64,000 nt of DNA from an uncultured Planctomycetota bacterium. Its GTDB lineage: Bacteria > Planctomycetota > Planctomycetia > Gemmatales > Gemmataceae. The notes beneath the pieces were generated by a model. That model had not been told where the DNA came from. It ran no database searches and was given only the letters and a program-made list of their open reading frames with translations. Positions 14,319 through 25,895 of this stretch are shown piece after piece; the first letter of the stretch is position 1, and each line of letters begins with the position of its first letter. The DNA lies in the NCBI GenBank assembly GCA_963849325.1, contig CAWKHF010000006.1:704001-768000 (forward strand). Direction: 5' to 3'. Both the position numbers and the translations under genes were made by a program.

Positions 14319-15422
14319 CTAATTCGAAGACAACAATTCGGTCGCGAAGAGCAGGCCCATCGCGCCGCCGCGGTCGTCGCGGCCGTTGATCGCGGGGCGT
14401 TCAAAGTAATCGCGGAGCGTTCGCTGCTTGCCCGTGCCCGTGCAGACATTGACCAGCTTGCCGTCGGCGCCGGTTCGCTCCTTGACGGCCCTCCAGGCCC
14501 TCTCGACGCAGGGGCGGTAATTGTCCTTGGCCAGCCAGCCGTGGTGGATGCCGCGCTGCATTGCCAGGCCGATCATGCAGGTACAAGAATATTCGTCGTA
14601 GCTCTTCGGATGATCGATGACCTGATGCCAGCAGCCGGTCCTGATGTCCTGATGAGGCAGGAGGGCGGCCATGTGCTTCTGGAATTCGGCGATCAGCTCC
14701 TTCTTCGCAGGCTGGTCGTCGGGCCAGTCGCTCAGGGCGAGCGCAAGGCCAAGCGCGGGGAAGCCGTTGCCTCGTCCCCAGGCGGCCTCGCACAAAGGCG
14801 AATGTCGATAGATGCCGTCGCGTCGCAGGCACAGTTTCCGCATCGAAGCGAAGTGCATGGTGGCCGCGTCGAAGTACTTCCGCTCGCCGGTCAGCTTCCC
14901 CGTTGCCGCGAGGATCGGCCCGGCCATGAAGACCGCGTCGCTCATCTCGTTGTGAAAGGGCATCAGCGCCAGCGGCTTGCCGTCCTTGCCGAATATCGGG
15001 TCCGCCGCGGATCGGCACAAGAATATCCAACGTTCGCGGGCTTTCCCTTTCGACCGCCGTGCCAGTTCCGCGAAGATGAGATGGCCCGCTTGTTCGCTCC
15101 CGGACCTGGGGACCGGCGATTTTTCACCGCGCAAGAACGGCGCAACGATCTTCTCGACTTCCTCCGCGTACTTCGGCTCGCCCGTGGATTCGCTCAGGCG
15201 CAGTTTCGCCATCAGCGGCAACGCCGGAATGTACGCGACCTGATCGAGCTTTTTGCCATACACGTCGGCGAGCTGTTCGGCCACCTGCCGCGGCGAACGA
15301 GCGAGTCTCTCGCGCTCTCCCTTCTCCGACGGTTTCTCTTCGACGAACGTCGCCGCTCGGAGCGGCAGCGCGAATACCACGGCCATCCAAGCCCAACGAA
15401 CGGTTGCAAGACGATTGGACAT
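14319..15422 (-). CDS. Glycoside hydrolase GH105/GH88-like
   Basis: Signal peptide; MSDAVFM, GIYRH, WGRGNG, GCWHQV, VCTGTG motifs. Confidence 0.8.
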   Translation of the reverse strand: MSNRLATVRWAWMAVVFALPLRAATFVEEKPSEKGERERLARSPRQVAEQLADVYGKKLDQVAYIPALPLMAKLRLSESTGEPKYAEEVEKIVAPFLRGEKSPVPRSGSEQAGHLIFAELARRSKGKARERWIFLCRSAADPIFGKDGKPLALMPFHNEMSDAVFMAGPILAATGKLTGERKYFDAATMHFASMRKLCLRRDGIYRHSPLCEAAWGRGNGFPALGLALALSDWPDDQPAKKELIAEFQKHMAALLPHQDIRTGCWHQVIDHPKSYDEYSCTCMIGLAMQRGIHHGWLAKDNYRPCVERAWRAVKERTGADGKLVNVCTGTGKQRTLRDYFERPAINGRDDRGGAMGLLFATELLSSN

Positions 15423-15517
15423 GAGCGGCACCTCAACCTCTTCGATTCTCCGGGCAAGAGTTCGATTCCGGACGATGGCTCCCCAAGGCGCGCGGATCAC
15501 GGAACACGAGCAAACAA

Positions 15518-16381
15518 TCACTTCTTCAGTGCTTTGCCGAGGAACTCAAACAACGCCTGGGTAGACGGATCGTCGGGCAAGCCGAGGTTGGCGTTGAGCT
15601 TGTTGTGGTTGGTTTCTTTGGCACCGAAGACCCGGACGGGGATGCCCGCGTCTTTCAGCACGTTCCCCAATCGCTGCGCTTGCGCGCTGGTGTCCGGATG
15701 ATCCGCGACATGCAGGATCAGGAATGGGGGAATGCCTTTGTCCCGGGCCACGTGCGTGACCGCGGAGAAATCACGATGTTTCGCGGGGTCGTTCCCGAAC
15801 TTCTCCCGGTGCCCAAACTTCGCTTGCGGCAGACCATGCACCCGGCGCCGGGTTTCCGCCGTCTCGATGATGGCCGGCACGTCATAGGTATCGCCATCGA
15901 CGGGCACGCAACCCTTGATGATGTCCAGCGACAGACCCTCGGCCTTCAAATAGCGATCGTCGGTGCAGACCAGCGCAGCCAGCTGCGCACCGGCGGAATG
16001 GCCCATGATGAAAAGGCGCTTCGGATCGCCGCCGTGCTCGGCGATATGCGCATGCACCCAGCGAATGGACTTGGCGATGTCGCGCACAATCGTCCCCATG
16101 TCCACGCTCGGCAAGAGTCGGTAGTTGGTGGAGACAAAGACAAACCCTTTGTCCACGAAAACCTGCGGCTTCATCTGGACGCTCGTTTTGTCGCCCGTTT
16201 GCCAACCGCCACCGTGAATCCAGAAGACCACCGGCAGGTTCTTGGCCCTAGGCGGTGAATAAACATCGAGAACCTGGCGCTCGTGCGCCGGATCGGCGTA
16301 GGGGATGTTGCGTTTGACGTCCTGGACAGGCGCTTCGGACAGCAACGCGCCGGCGACGAGAAGAGGGCAGACGGAATGCAT
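15518..16381 (-). CDS. Alpha/beta-hydrolase carboxylesterase
   Basis: LDVY, HGGGW, NYRL, GHSAG, PPFLILH. Confidence 0.9.
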   Translation of the reverse strand: MHSVCPLLVAGALLSEAPVQDVKRNIPYADPAHERQVLDVYSPPRAKNLPVVFWIHGGGWQTGDKTSVQMKPQVFVDKGFVFVSTNYRLLPSVDMGTIVRDIAKSIRWVHAHIAEHGGDPKRLFIMGHSAGAQLAALVCTDDRYLKAEGLSLDIIKGCVPVDGDTYDVPAIIETAETRRRVHGLPQAKFGHREKFGNDPAKHRDFSAVTHVARDKGIPPFLILHVADHPDTSAQAQRLGNVLKDAGIPVRVFGAKETNHNKLNANLGLPDDPSTQALFEFLGKALKK

Positions 16382-16523
16382 GGTAGTCCTCCTTCTTTTA
16401 TGACAGGTTTTGGATTTCCCGGAAGCTCCGAACACGATACAATGGCATTCTACTGAGTTCGCGGCCTTCCTCCTTGCCCACCCTTGTTGCCGATGGCGCA
16501 GCTTCCCGTGACACGAGGGTCTC

Positions 16524-18868
16524 ATGTCCCCGAATGTTCGCTTTCTCGTCCTTGCTCTCGTAACCGGGCTTGCTTCCCCTGCCGCCGTTCGCTGCGACGA
16601 CAAACTGCCCCGGCCGCCAATGGGGTGCGCCGCGGCCGTGGACAACTATTTCGAGGAGGAGGTCTGGGCCAAGGTCGGGCTTCGGAAGTGCCTGACCTGC
16701 CACCGCAAGGGCGGCGACGCCGAGGACAGCAAGTTCGTCCTGATCGACCCGCGCAAGCGCCAGGGAGCGGCTCGCGGCGAGGCCATGCGACACAACCGCG
16801 CCGCCTTCGCTCGCATGGCCGCGGTCAAGGAGAAAAACCAGTCGCGGATGCTCCTCAAGGTGGTCGGCGAGCTGGACCACGGCGGTTCCGACGTGCTCAC
16901 GCCCGACTCGGTGGGCTATCGCATCCTCGCCGACTTCGTTCGTCGGGTGAACGGCCGCGGGGCCGGGAAGACGCCCGCCGTCGTGGCGGACCCCAAGGCA
17001 CCCCCGTTCTTCCAGGGCGTTGTGATGCTCGACGACCGCAGGCTGCTCCGCCGCGTCACCCTTTCGCTCGCCGGCCGGCTTCCGACCGACGCCGAGCTCG
17101 CGGCCATCGCCAGGGACGGCCCGAAGGCGATGCCCGCCGCTCCTCGACGCCGTCATGAAAGAGGACGCCTTCTACGACCGGCTCCGCGAGGGGTTCAACG
17201 ACATCTTCCTCACGCTCGGCATCGACGGCAACGCGGACCAAACGGTGCTGTCCTACGAGCACTTCGAGAAGACCCGGCACTGGTATCAGCAGCTACGACC
17301 TGAGCCACATCAAGGACAAGAACGAGCGCCAGCGGACCGAGTGGAAGATCGCCGCCGAATACCGCAAGGCCCTGCTCGGCGAGCCGATGAAGCTGATCGA
17401 GCACATCGTCCGCAACGACAAGCCGTTCACCGAGATCGTGACCGCCGATTACATCATGGTCTCGCCATACTCGGCCCGCGGCTACGGCGTCTTCGACGAG
17501 GTGAAGGGCAAGTTCAAGAACCCGAACGACCCCTACGAGTACGTCCCCGTGAAGCTGAAGGCCCTCGTCGGCCGGAGCAAGGCGGAGAACCAGGAGTCGG
17601 CGACCGGATCCTACCCGCACGCGGGACTTCTAAGTACGTTCCAGTACCTCACCCGCTACCCGACGACCGAAACGAACCGCAACCGCCTCCGTGCCCGGAT
17701 GTACTACCAGCACTTCCTCGGGGTGGACGTGCTCGAGCTGGCCGCCCGCGTGTCGGACGCCGCCGCCGTCACGGCGAAGTTCAAGGTGCCGACGATGCAG
17801 GCGGCCGAGTGCGTCGTCTGCCACAGGACGCTCGACCCCGTCGCCGGCCTGTTCCAGGACTACTGGCGGTTCGCGGACCAGGGCGTTTACGGCAAACGCA
17901 AGGGCGGGTGGTTCACGGACATGTTCGCGGCCGGGTTCGAGGGCGAGGATCTGCCGGCCGCGGAGCGGTGGCGTTCCTTGCAGTGGCTCGGCGAACGCAC
18001 GGCGAAGGATCCGCGCTTCGCCGTCGCCATGACCGAGCACGTCTACTACATCCTCACCGGCCGCAAGGTGCTGCTGCCGCCCAAGGATGTCGAAGACCCT
18101 CTGTACCCCGCGAGGCTGCGGGCTTACTCGGAGCAACGCCGTCAAACCGAGGCGATCGCGGCCCGATTCGCCGGCTCCGGGTTCAACCTCAAGTCCGTGT
18201 TCAAGGACTGGATCGCTTCCGACTTCTACCGGGCCGACGGATTGGCGACCGCGGTCAAGGAGCCGTGCCGGCGGGCGGAGCTGGACGACGTCGGGCTGGT
18301 GCGGATGCTCTCTCCCGAACAGGTCGAGCGAAAGGTCGGCGCCGTCTTCGGCGAAAAGTGGGGCAAGTTGACCGACCAGCTCGCGACCCTCTACGGCGGC
18401 ATCGACTCGAAGGAGGTGACCGATCGAGCCGCGGACCCCAGCGGCGCGATGGGCGCGATCCAGCGGACCCTCTCCAACGACGTGGCGTGCAAGCACGTCG
18501 CCCGCGACTTCGCCCGCCCGGCCTCCCAACGAAGGCTGTTCCCCGGCATCGAGCCAACGGTAGTGCCCGGTGCTTCCAGCGAAGGCGACAGGACGATTCG
18601 CAAGGCCATCGCCCATCTCCACGAGAAAATCCTGGGCCGTAACGACGCCGTGGACTCCGCTGAGGTCGAGCGGACGTTCAAGCTGTTCGCCGGCATCGTC
18701 AAGGACGCCGGCGAGCAGAAGGGGCTCGACAAGCGGGAGAACTATGCCTGCCGGCCGGGCAACCGAGACGCCGCGGGATCGGCGTCGGACGACCCCCACT
18801 ACACCATCCGGGCCTGGCGCGGCGTGGTCACGTACCTGCTGCGACGATCGGAATTCCTTTACGAGTGA
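16524..18868 (+). CDS. Planctomycete cytochrome c protein, DUF1549/DUF1588-like (indels near 17143, 17290)
   Basis: Signal peptide; CLTCH and [27 protein letters not shown]. Stitched from ORFs 16524, 17155 and 17387. Confidence 0.8.
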
Positions 18869-20158
18869 GCCACTCCATGCGCCGCGACTTCCTCAAGCTC
18901 TGCGGGATGGCCGGCCTCGGCCTCGCCGTCCCTTTCCGTCTGCCCGCGGCCCACGCCGCCGAGAAGAAGGACGAGCCGTATGCCGGCCCGTACTATGTCG
19001 TGTTCAACGCCTCCGGCGGATGGGACACGACCTACCTCATGGACCCCAAGGGGATCAACGGGATCAACCGCCTCTACAAGGAAGGCGACATTCTGACGAA
19101 GGGGGCGCACAAATACGCTCCGATCAAAAAGCACGCCCAGGGCGGGATGTGCAACGAAGACTTCTACGCCGAGTTCGGCAACGAGCTGCTTACCTTGAAC
19201 GGGTTGGACTACTCGGTCAACAACCACTCGCCCGGCGCTCGCTACATGGCCACCGGCAAGCTGGACAGCCTGGCCTATCCGACGTTCGCCGCGCTGGTCG
19301 CCGCCTGTCGTGGGTCGAATTGCCCGCTCGCATTCCTGACCTTCGGCAACTACTCCTCGACCGGCAACCTCGTCGCCATGTCCCGCGTCCCGTACCTGCC
19401 GTCGCTCCAGAAAATCGCCAACGCCGACGCGGTCGATGGCAACGACAGGTCTCCCTATCACGACAAGTTCGTGCTCGACCGCATCGAGCGGACCCTCCGC
19501 GAGGGGCACGAGGCATTGGCCGCGCAGCCGCGATTGCCGCGAGCCGAGCGCGGCGAGAACATGCTGTACGCGGCCCAGGTAAGCTCGAAGGCGCTCCAGC
19601 GCGTGACGCAGTACATCCCCAAATCCATCCCCAAAGAGCGGCTGTCGCAGCAAGCCGAGATCGCGCTGGCCTCGTTCAAGGCGGGGGTCTGCGTGTCCGC
19701 CAACCTGGACATCGGGCAATTCGATAGCCACGCGAACAACGACCGGGACCAGATGAAGCTGATCCCCGAGTTCCTCGCCGGAATCGCCTACTTGATCCGC
19801 CGGGCGGGCTGAATTGAAGATCCGCGATCAACTCGTCGTCGTTGTCCAGAGCGAGATGGGGCGAACGCCGAACTACAACGCCGGCAACGGCAAGGACCAC
19901 TGGTCGATCGGCTCGGCCCTGTTCCTCGGGCGCGGCATCAAGGGGAACCGGGTGATCGGCGCCACCGACGACAAGCAGTTCGCCGTTCCGCTCGATCCGC
20001 ACACGCTGAAGCCCACCAAGGACAAGGGCATCCGCGTGCGCCCCGAACACATCCACGAGTCCCTCCGTGGACTCGCCGGCATTGCGGACCACCCGTTGAG
20101 CAAGAAGTTCCCCCTGGGGTTGGCCGACAAGGAGAAGCTCCGAGGGTTTTGGGGATAA
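18865..20158 (+). CDS. DUF1501 family protein, Tat signal (indel near 19808)
   Basis: RRDFLK; SGGWD, FDSHANN, SEMGRTP, GKDHW. Confidence 0.85.
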
Positions 20159-20372
20159 GCCGTTTGCCTGTATCCTTGCCGGGACTCGATAGGCTGCTGA
20201 GCTTGGTTGACTCGGAAGCCGTGGGGGAGTCAACATCATTTATCTGCCCGGGGGCGGGTAGAGTGGAAAGAGCAAATGCGACCATGACGGTAATGCATGG
20301 TCGCCGCACTTTGCGCCGGCTCGCGCTCACCCGACCGTGCCGCCCGCTTTTTACTTGCCGGAGTCTGCTGTC

Positions 20373-22757
20373 ATGCGTGTCTTGCGGATCTCTGCACGCC
20401 TTTGGGCGTCCGCTCTGTTCCTCACGGGTGGATTGCTCAGTGGGCACGGGGCACAACAACCTTCCAAACCTCCCTCCTCGCCAGGAGCAAGACTCGATCG
20501 CGCCACCGTCAAGAGCTTTGTCACGCAACATTGCACCCGTTGCCATGACGGCGACGTAAAGAAAGCTGGATTGGATCTCGACGCCCTCCGTGCCGAAGAC
20601 CTGGAGGCCCATCCGGAGGTCTGGGAGAAGGTAGTTCGCAAGTTGGCCGCGCGTCAAATGCCTCCCGTCGGCAAGCCGCGCCCGGACGAGCGGACGTACG
20701 AGTCTTTTGTTGCCGTGCTGGAAGCCGAGTTGGATCGCGTGGCGGCAGCGGCGCCCGATCCCGGCCGAACGCCTACCTTGCGGCGACTGAACCGCACCGA
20801 ATACCAGAACGCCATCCGCGATCTCCTCGCGTTGCACGTGGACGCCGCGGCACTGTTGCCGGCGGACGAAGCCAATCATGGCTTTGACGCTGCTCCCCTG
20901 GGCGATCTGTCACCGACGCTTCTGGACCGCTACCTCTCGGCGGCTCAGAAGATCAGCCGGTTGGCAGTCGGCAAGGCACCGACCTCGCCCAATAGCGATA
21001 CCTTCCGCACCCCGCCGGATCTGACCCAGGAAGGACACGTCCAGGGGCTTCCCCTCGGGACGCGCGGCGGCGTTCTGATTCCGTACACCGCGCCGCGGGA
21101 CGGGGAATACGACATCCAGGTCTGGCTTACGCGAGATCGCAACGAGCAGGTCGAGGGTCTTCGCGAGCCACACGAACTGGAAGTGCTTCTGGACCGAAAA
21201 CGGATGGCTGCGTTCACCGTCAAGCCGCCCAAGAGAGGCGAGGGCCATGACAAGGTAGACGCCAAGCTGAAAGCCCGCATCGCGCTGACGGCTGGGCCGC
21301 ACGATCTCGGCGTGACTTTTTTGCAGGACCCGCCCGACGTGCTCGAAACCAAGCGTCAGCCCTACGAGGCGCACTGGAACTTGCACCGGCATCCGCGTCC
21401 GTCGCCGGCTATCTACCAGGTAACCCTTACCGGCCCCTACAACGCGAAAGGCCACGGCACGACGCCTAGCCGGCGGCGCATTTTTCGCCGCGAACCCACC
21501 GGGCCGGCGGACGAAGAAGCATGTGCCAAGAAAAACCTCTCGGACTTGCTGCGCCGCGGCTACCGGCGGCCCGTCACCCCTGCCAACCTCGAAAAGGCGA
21601 TGAAGTTCTATCGGCAAGGGCGCAAGGACGGGGATTTCGACGCGGGAATCGAAATGGCCCTCAGCGCCCTGCTGGTAAATCCTCAGTTCTTATTCCGCGT
21701 CGAGCTGGATCCGAAGGACCTCGCCCCGAAAACCGCCTATCGAGTCAGCGACATCGACCTCGCGTCACGCCTGTCCTTCTTCCTGTGGAGCAGCATCCCG
21801 GACGACGAGCTTCTGGACCTGGCCGCGCGCAACGAGCTGCACAAGCCCGAACAGTTTGAAAAACAGGTGCGGCGAATGCTCGCGGACGAGCGGTCGCGAA
21901 ACCTCGCGACGAATTTCGCCGCGCAATGGTTGCACCTGGGCAACCTGGAATCGATCACGCCGGACCTGCGCCTGTTCCCCGACTTCGACGACAATCTGCG
22001 GAAGGCGTTCCGCCAGGAAACGGAACTTTACGTCGAGAGCGTGTTCCGCGAGGACCATAGCGTACTCGACCTTGCTCCAGGCGGACTACACGTTCCTTAA
22101 CGAGCGCCTCGCCAAGCACTACGGAATCCCCCATATCTATGGCAGTCGGTTTCGCCGCGTCGAACTCGGTGCCGTCCGTCGCAGGGGCGGCCTGCTACGG
22201 CAGGGGAGCATTCTGACCGTGACTTCCTACGCAACTCGGACCTCGCCGGTGGTTCGCGGCAAGTGGATTCTCGAGAACATGCTCGGCACGCCGCCGCCGC
22301 CACCTCCGGCCAACGTGCCCTCCTTGAAGGAGACCACCGTGGCCGCGACTCTCTCCATCCGAGAGCGATTGGCCGAGCATCGCTCCAACGCCAGCTGCGC
22401 GAGTTGCCATCGCCTGATCGATCCGGTGGGCTTCGCGCTGGAACAATTCGACGCCGTGGGCCGCTGGCGATCGCTGGACGAGGGCAGGCCGATCGATGCG
22501 GCCGGCGGACTGCCCGACGGCAGCAATTTGAAGGCGTTGCCGGACTCGAGAAGGCGCTGCTCCAGCGGCCGGAGTGGTTCGTCCGCACGCTGACCGAAAA
22601 GCTCTTTATCTTCGCCCTGGGCCGGGCACCGGAGGAAGCCGACGCGCCGGCCATCCGCAAAATTGTCCGCGATACGCGGGCGAATCATTACCGCTTCTCC
22701 TCGCTGATCGTGGGCATCACGACCAGCGTGCCGTTTCAGATGAGGAGGTCGCAGTGA
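20373..22757 (+). CDS. DUF1592/DUF1587/DUF1588/DUF1585 cytochrome c protein (indels near 22070, 22527)
   Basis: CTRCH, RRLNRTEYQNAIRDLL, LASRLSFFLWSSIPD, RTSPVVRGKW, CASCH. Confidence 0.88.
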
Positions 22758-24088
22758 TCCTTACCAAGAAAGCGTTGTCGCGGCGAACCTTTCTACGCGG
22801 GACCGGAACGGCACTGGCATTGCCGCTGCTGGATGCCATGATTCCGAGCATGACCGCGCTGGCGCAAACGCCGGCCGCCCCGGCAGCGTCTGCGCCGCCT
22901 CAGCTACGTCTACATGCCGATGGGCTGCGACGGGTCGCGCTGGACGCCGCCGAGCGGCGAACGCCTCGACGAGTTGAGTTTCACTCTCGCCCCGCTGGCC
23001 TCCGTCAAGCAGCACGTCACGGTCCTCAGCAACCTGGAATTGCGCAACGCCTACCCCGGCACGCACGCGACCTCCAACTCCGCCTTCCTGAGCGCCGCCC
23101 GGGCCAGGCTGACCGAAAGCGCGGACTATTACCTGGGCACCACCGCCGATCAGCTCGCCGCCCGGCAACTCGGCCGGGACACGCCATTGCCGTCGCTCGA
23201 ATTGTCCATGGACCTGATGACGCTCGCCGGCCAGTGCGACAACGGCTACGCCTGCGTCTACCACAACTGCCTCTCGTGGTCCTCGCCGACGACGCCGCTC
23301 CCCAGCGAGGCTCATCCGCGGATCGTGTTCGAGCGGCTCTTCGGCGACGGCGCGACCGCGGCGGAGCGCCGGGCCTCCCTGAAGGGCCGAGCCAGCCTGC
23401 TCGATTCCGTGATGGACGAGTTTGCCCAACTCAACAACCAGCTCGGCCCGGCCGATCGCGCCCGGTTAAGCCAGTATCTGGACTCCATCCGTGAAGTGGA
23501 ACGTCGCATTCAACGCGCGGAAGCCAACGCCGCCGACAACCCCGTCCGGGACGTGGAGCGCCCCGAGGGCGTGCCCGCCTCCTATGCCGACCACGCCCGC
23601 TTGATGTTCGACTTACAGGTCCTGGCCTTCCAGGCCGATGTCACGCGCGTCATCACCTTCCAGCTGGCGCGAAACCAGTAACCGGACCTACCCCGAGATC
23701 GGCGTTTCCGATCCGCATCACCCCCTCACGCATCACGGCAACGACCCTCAGAAGATCGAGAAGGTGGCCCGGATCAATCGCTTCCACGTCTCGCTGTTCG
23801 CGGAGTTCCTCGCGAAATTGCGGGAGACACGGGAAGGCAAGCGGTACGCTCCTGGACCATTCGCTCCTCCTGTACGGCAGCGGCATGGGCAACCCCAACC
23901 GGCACGACCACGACGATCTGCCGATCCTTGTCGCCGGCGGTGCCGCCGGCCGGATGAAGGGCGGCCGGCACATCCGCTTCGCCAAACCGACGCCGTTGGC
24001 CAACCTGCACCTGACGCTGCTCGACAAGGTGGGCGTGCGGCTCGATTCGTTTGGCGACAGCCGGGGGAAGGTGGATCAGTTATTTTAG
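22754..24088 (+). CDS. DUF1552 family protein (several indels)
   Basis: LSRRTFLRG..LALPLLDAM, CDNGYAC, LAFQADVTRV, GNPNRHDHDDLP, FGDS. Confidence 0.88.
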
Positions 24089-24100
24089 AGCGAACACACG

Positions 24101-24268
24101 AACCCCATACGGAAGCGAGGGTGGCCCTTGCCTCGCTTAGAGTCGGTCCCCTACGGGTTGTGGCGGCACGTTTTCAACGTGCCGATCTGCTGGATTCTCC
24201 GGCCCTCCGGCACGTTGGAAACGTGCTGTCACGACCCGTAGGGGACCGACTCTACGCATCGGGCTGGT
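24101..24268. repeat. REP-like palindrome (AAGCGAGG...CCTCGCTTACGCATCGGG) split by a MITE
   Basis: The right arm CCTCGCTTA|CGCATCGGG is interrupted at its TA. Confidence 0.7.
24140..24252. mobile_element. 113-bp MITE with TA target duplication
   Basis: GAGTCGGTCCCCTACGGGT / ACCCGTAGGGGACCGACTC is a perfect 19-bp TIR that extends imperfectly to about 45 bp. TA at 24138-24139 and 24253-24254. Confidence 0.8.
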
Positions 24269-24294
24269 AAGTTCGTTGCGGAGGTGGAAGCGAC

Positions 24295-25800
24295 ATGGTG
24301 TCATCACCGAACACGCGACGGTTCGCAGCGGGACTGGTCGTGCTGTTGCTCGCCAGCGGTTCGGCGCGTGCGCAAGCCATCGCCTCGTTGGCGGACGCCG
24401 CGATGAAGAAGGATCGTGCGAAGGTCGCCGCCCTGCTCAAGCAAGGTGCCGATGTCAACGCCTCCCAGGCGGACGGCATGACGGCCCTGCACTGGGCGAC
24501 TTATCACGAGGATGTGTCGTTAGCGACGCAGCTCCTCAAAGCGGGTGCTCATGCCAGGGCCGCCAATCGCTACGGCGTGACGCCTCTGTCGGTGGCTTGC
24601 ACGAATGGAAACGCCGAAATCGTGGCGTTGCTGCTCGAAGCCGGCGCGGATGCCAACACGACGCAGCGCGGCGGGGAGACGGTCTTGATGACCGCCGCCC
24701 GCACGGGCAAACCGGGACCGGTCAAGGCGCTGCTCCGCCATGGCGCCGAGGTGAATGCCAGGGACCGCAAGGGTCAAACCGCCCTGATGTGGGCTGCGGC
24801 GGAAGGCCACGCGGAGGTGGTGTCGATGTTGCTGGCGGCCAAGGCGGACTTCAAGAGTCCGTTGCCTTCCGGGTTTACGCCTCTGCTTTTTGCCGCCCGC
24901 GAAGGCCACATCGACGTTGTCCGCGTCCTGCTGAAGGCGGGTGCCGACATCAACGATGCGATCCCGGCCAGGAAGGCCGTTCCCCGTGGCCCCAAACCCG
25001 GAACCGGTGCGCTGCTCCTGGCGGTCGAGAACGGGCATTTTGAGCTGGCGATCGAGCTGGTGAAAGCCGGCGCCGATCCGAATGACCAGCGCGCGGGCCA
25101 TGGCGCATTGCACATGATTTCCTGGGTGCGCAAGCCAAGCCGCGGAGACGATGAAGAAGGCGATCCCCCGCCGATCGGCTCGGGCAAGCTCACCAGCCTG
25201 GAATTCGTCAAGGAAATGGTTGCCCACGGTGCCAAGGTGAATCTGCCATCGAAAGCGGGGGTGAGGGGTCGAGGCATCCTGAGCAAGCCCGGCGCGACTC
25301 CCTTTCTGGCGGCGGCTTCCACCGCGGACGTTCCACTCATGGAACTGCTGGTCAAACTGGGTGCCGATCCGCTGCGGGCGAACTCCCAACGCACCAGTCC
25401 CTTGCTGGCCGCGGCCGGCGTCGGCGTCGGTGCGCCCGAGGAAGCGCCCGGCACCGAGCCTGAGGTGTTGGGGTCCGTGAAGTTGCTCGTGAAGCTCGGC
25501 GCGGACGTGAACGCGGTGGACGGCAACGGCGACACCGCGATGCACGGTGCCGCCTACCGGAACCATCCCCAGGTGGTGCAATTACTCGCCGACAAGGGGG
25601 CCAAGATCGCGGTCTGGAACAAGGCAAACCAAGCAGGGTTGACGCCCCTGGTGATTGCCGAGGGCCATCGGCCGGGCCTCAACTTCCGGCCGTCCCCGCA
25701 GACTGTTGCCGCTCTGCATCGCGTGCTGCTCGCGGCCGGCGTGACGCCGCCCAGGAGTTCGCTGCCTCCCCCCAAGTCTACTTACAATGACGGCAAGTAG
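24295..25800 (+). CDS. Exported ankyrin-repeat protein
   Basis: Signal peptide; repeated GxTALxxAA/GADVNA motifs. Confidence 0.92.
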   Translation: MVSSPNTRRFAAGLVVLLLASGSARAQAIASLADAAMKKDRAKVAALLKQGADVNASQADGMTALHWATYHEDVSLATQLLKAGAHARAANRYGVTPLSVACTNGNAEIVALLLEAGADANTTQRGGETVLMTAARTGKPGPVKALLRHGAEVNARDRKGQTALMWAAAEGHAEVVSMLLAAKADFKSPLPSGFTPLLFAAREGHIDVVRVLLKAGADINDAIPARKAVPRGPKPGTGALLLAVENGHFELAIELVKAGADPNDQRAGHGALHMISWVRKPSRGDDEEGDPPPIGSGKLTSLEFVKEMVAHGAKVNLPSKAGVRGRGILSKPGATPFLAAASTADVPLMELLVKLGADPLRANSQRTSPLLAAAGVGVGAPEEAPGTEPEVLGSVKLLVKLGADVNAVDGNGDTAMHGAAYRNHPQVVQLLADKGAKIAVWNKANQAGLTPLVIAEGHRPGLNFRPSPQTVAALHRVLLAAGVTPPRSSLPPPKSTYNDGK

Positions 25801-25895
25801 TGCGGGGATGCGAGGTCGTTTCCCCGACGTGCCTCGATCTCCCGTAGTCCCCTGCCGTAGTGCCGGAAGAAAAGGACAACGGACGGCCCACGATC

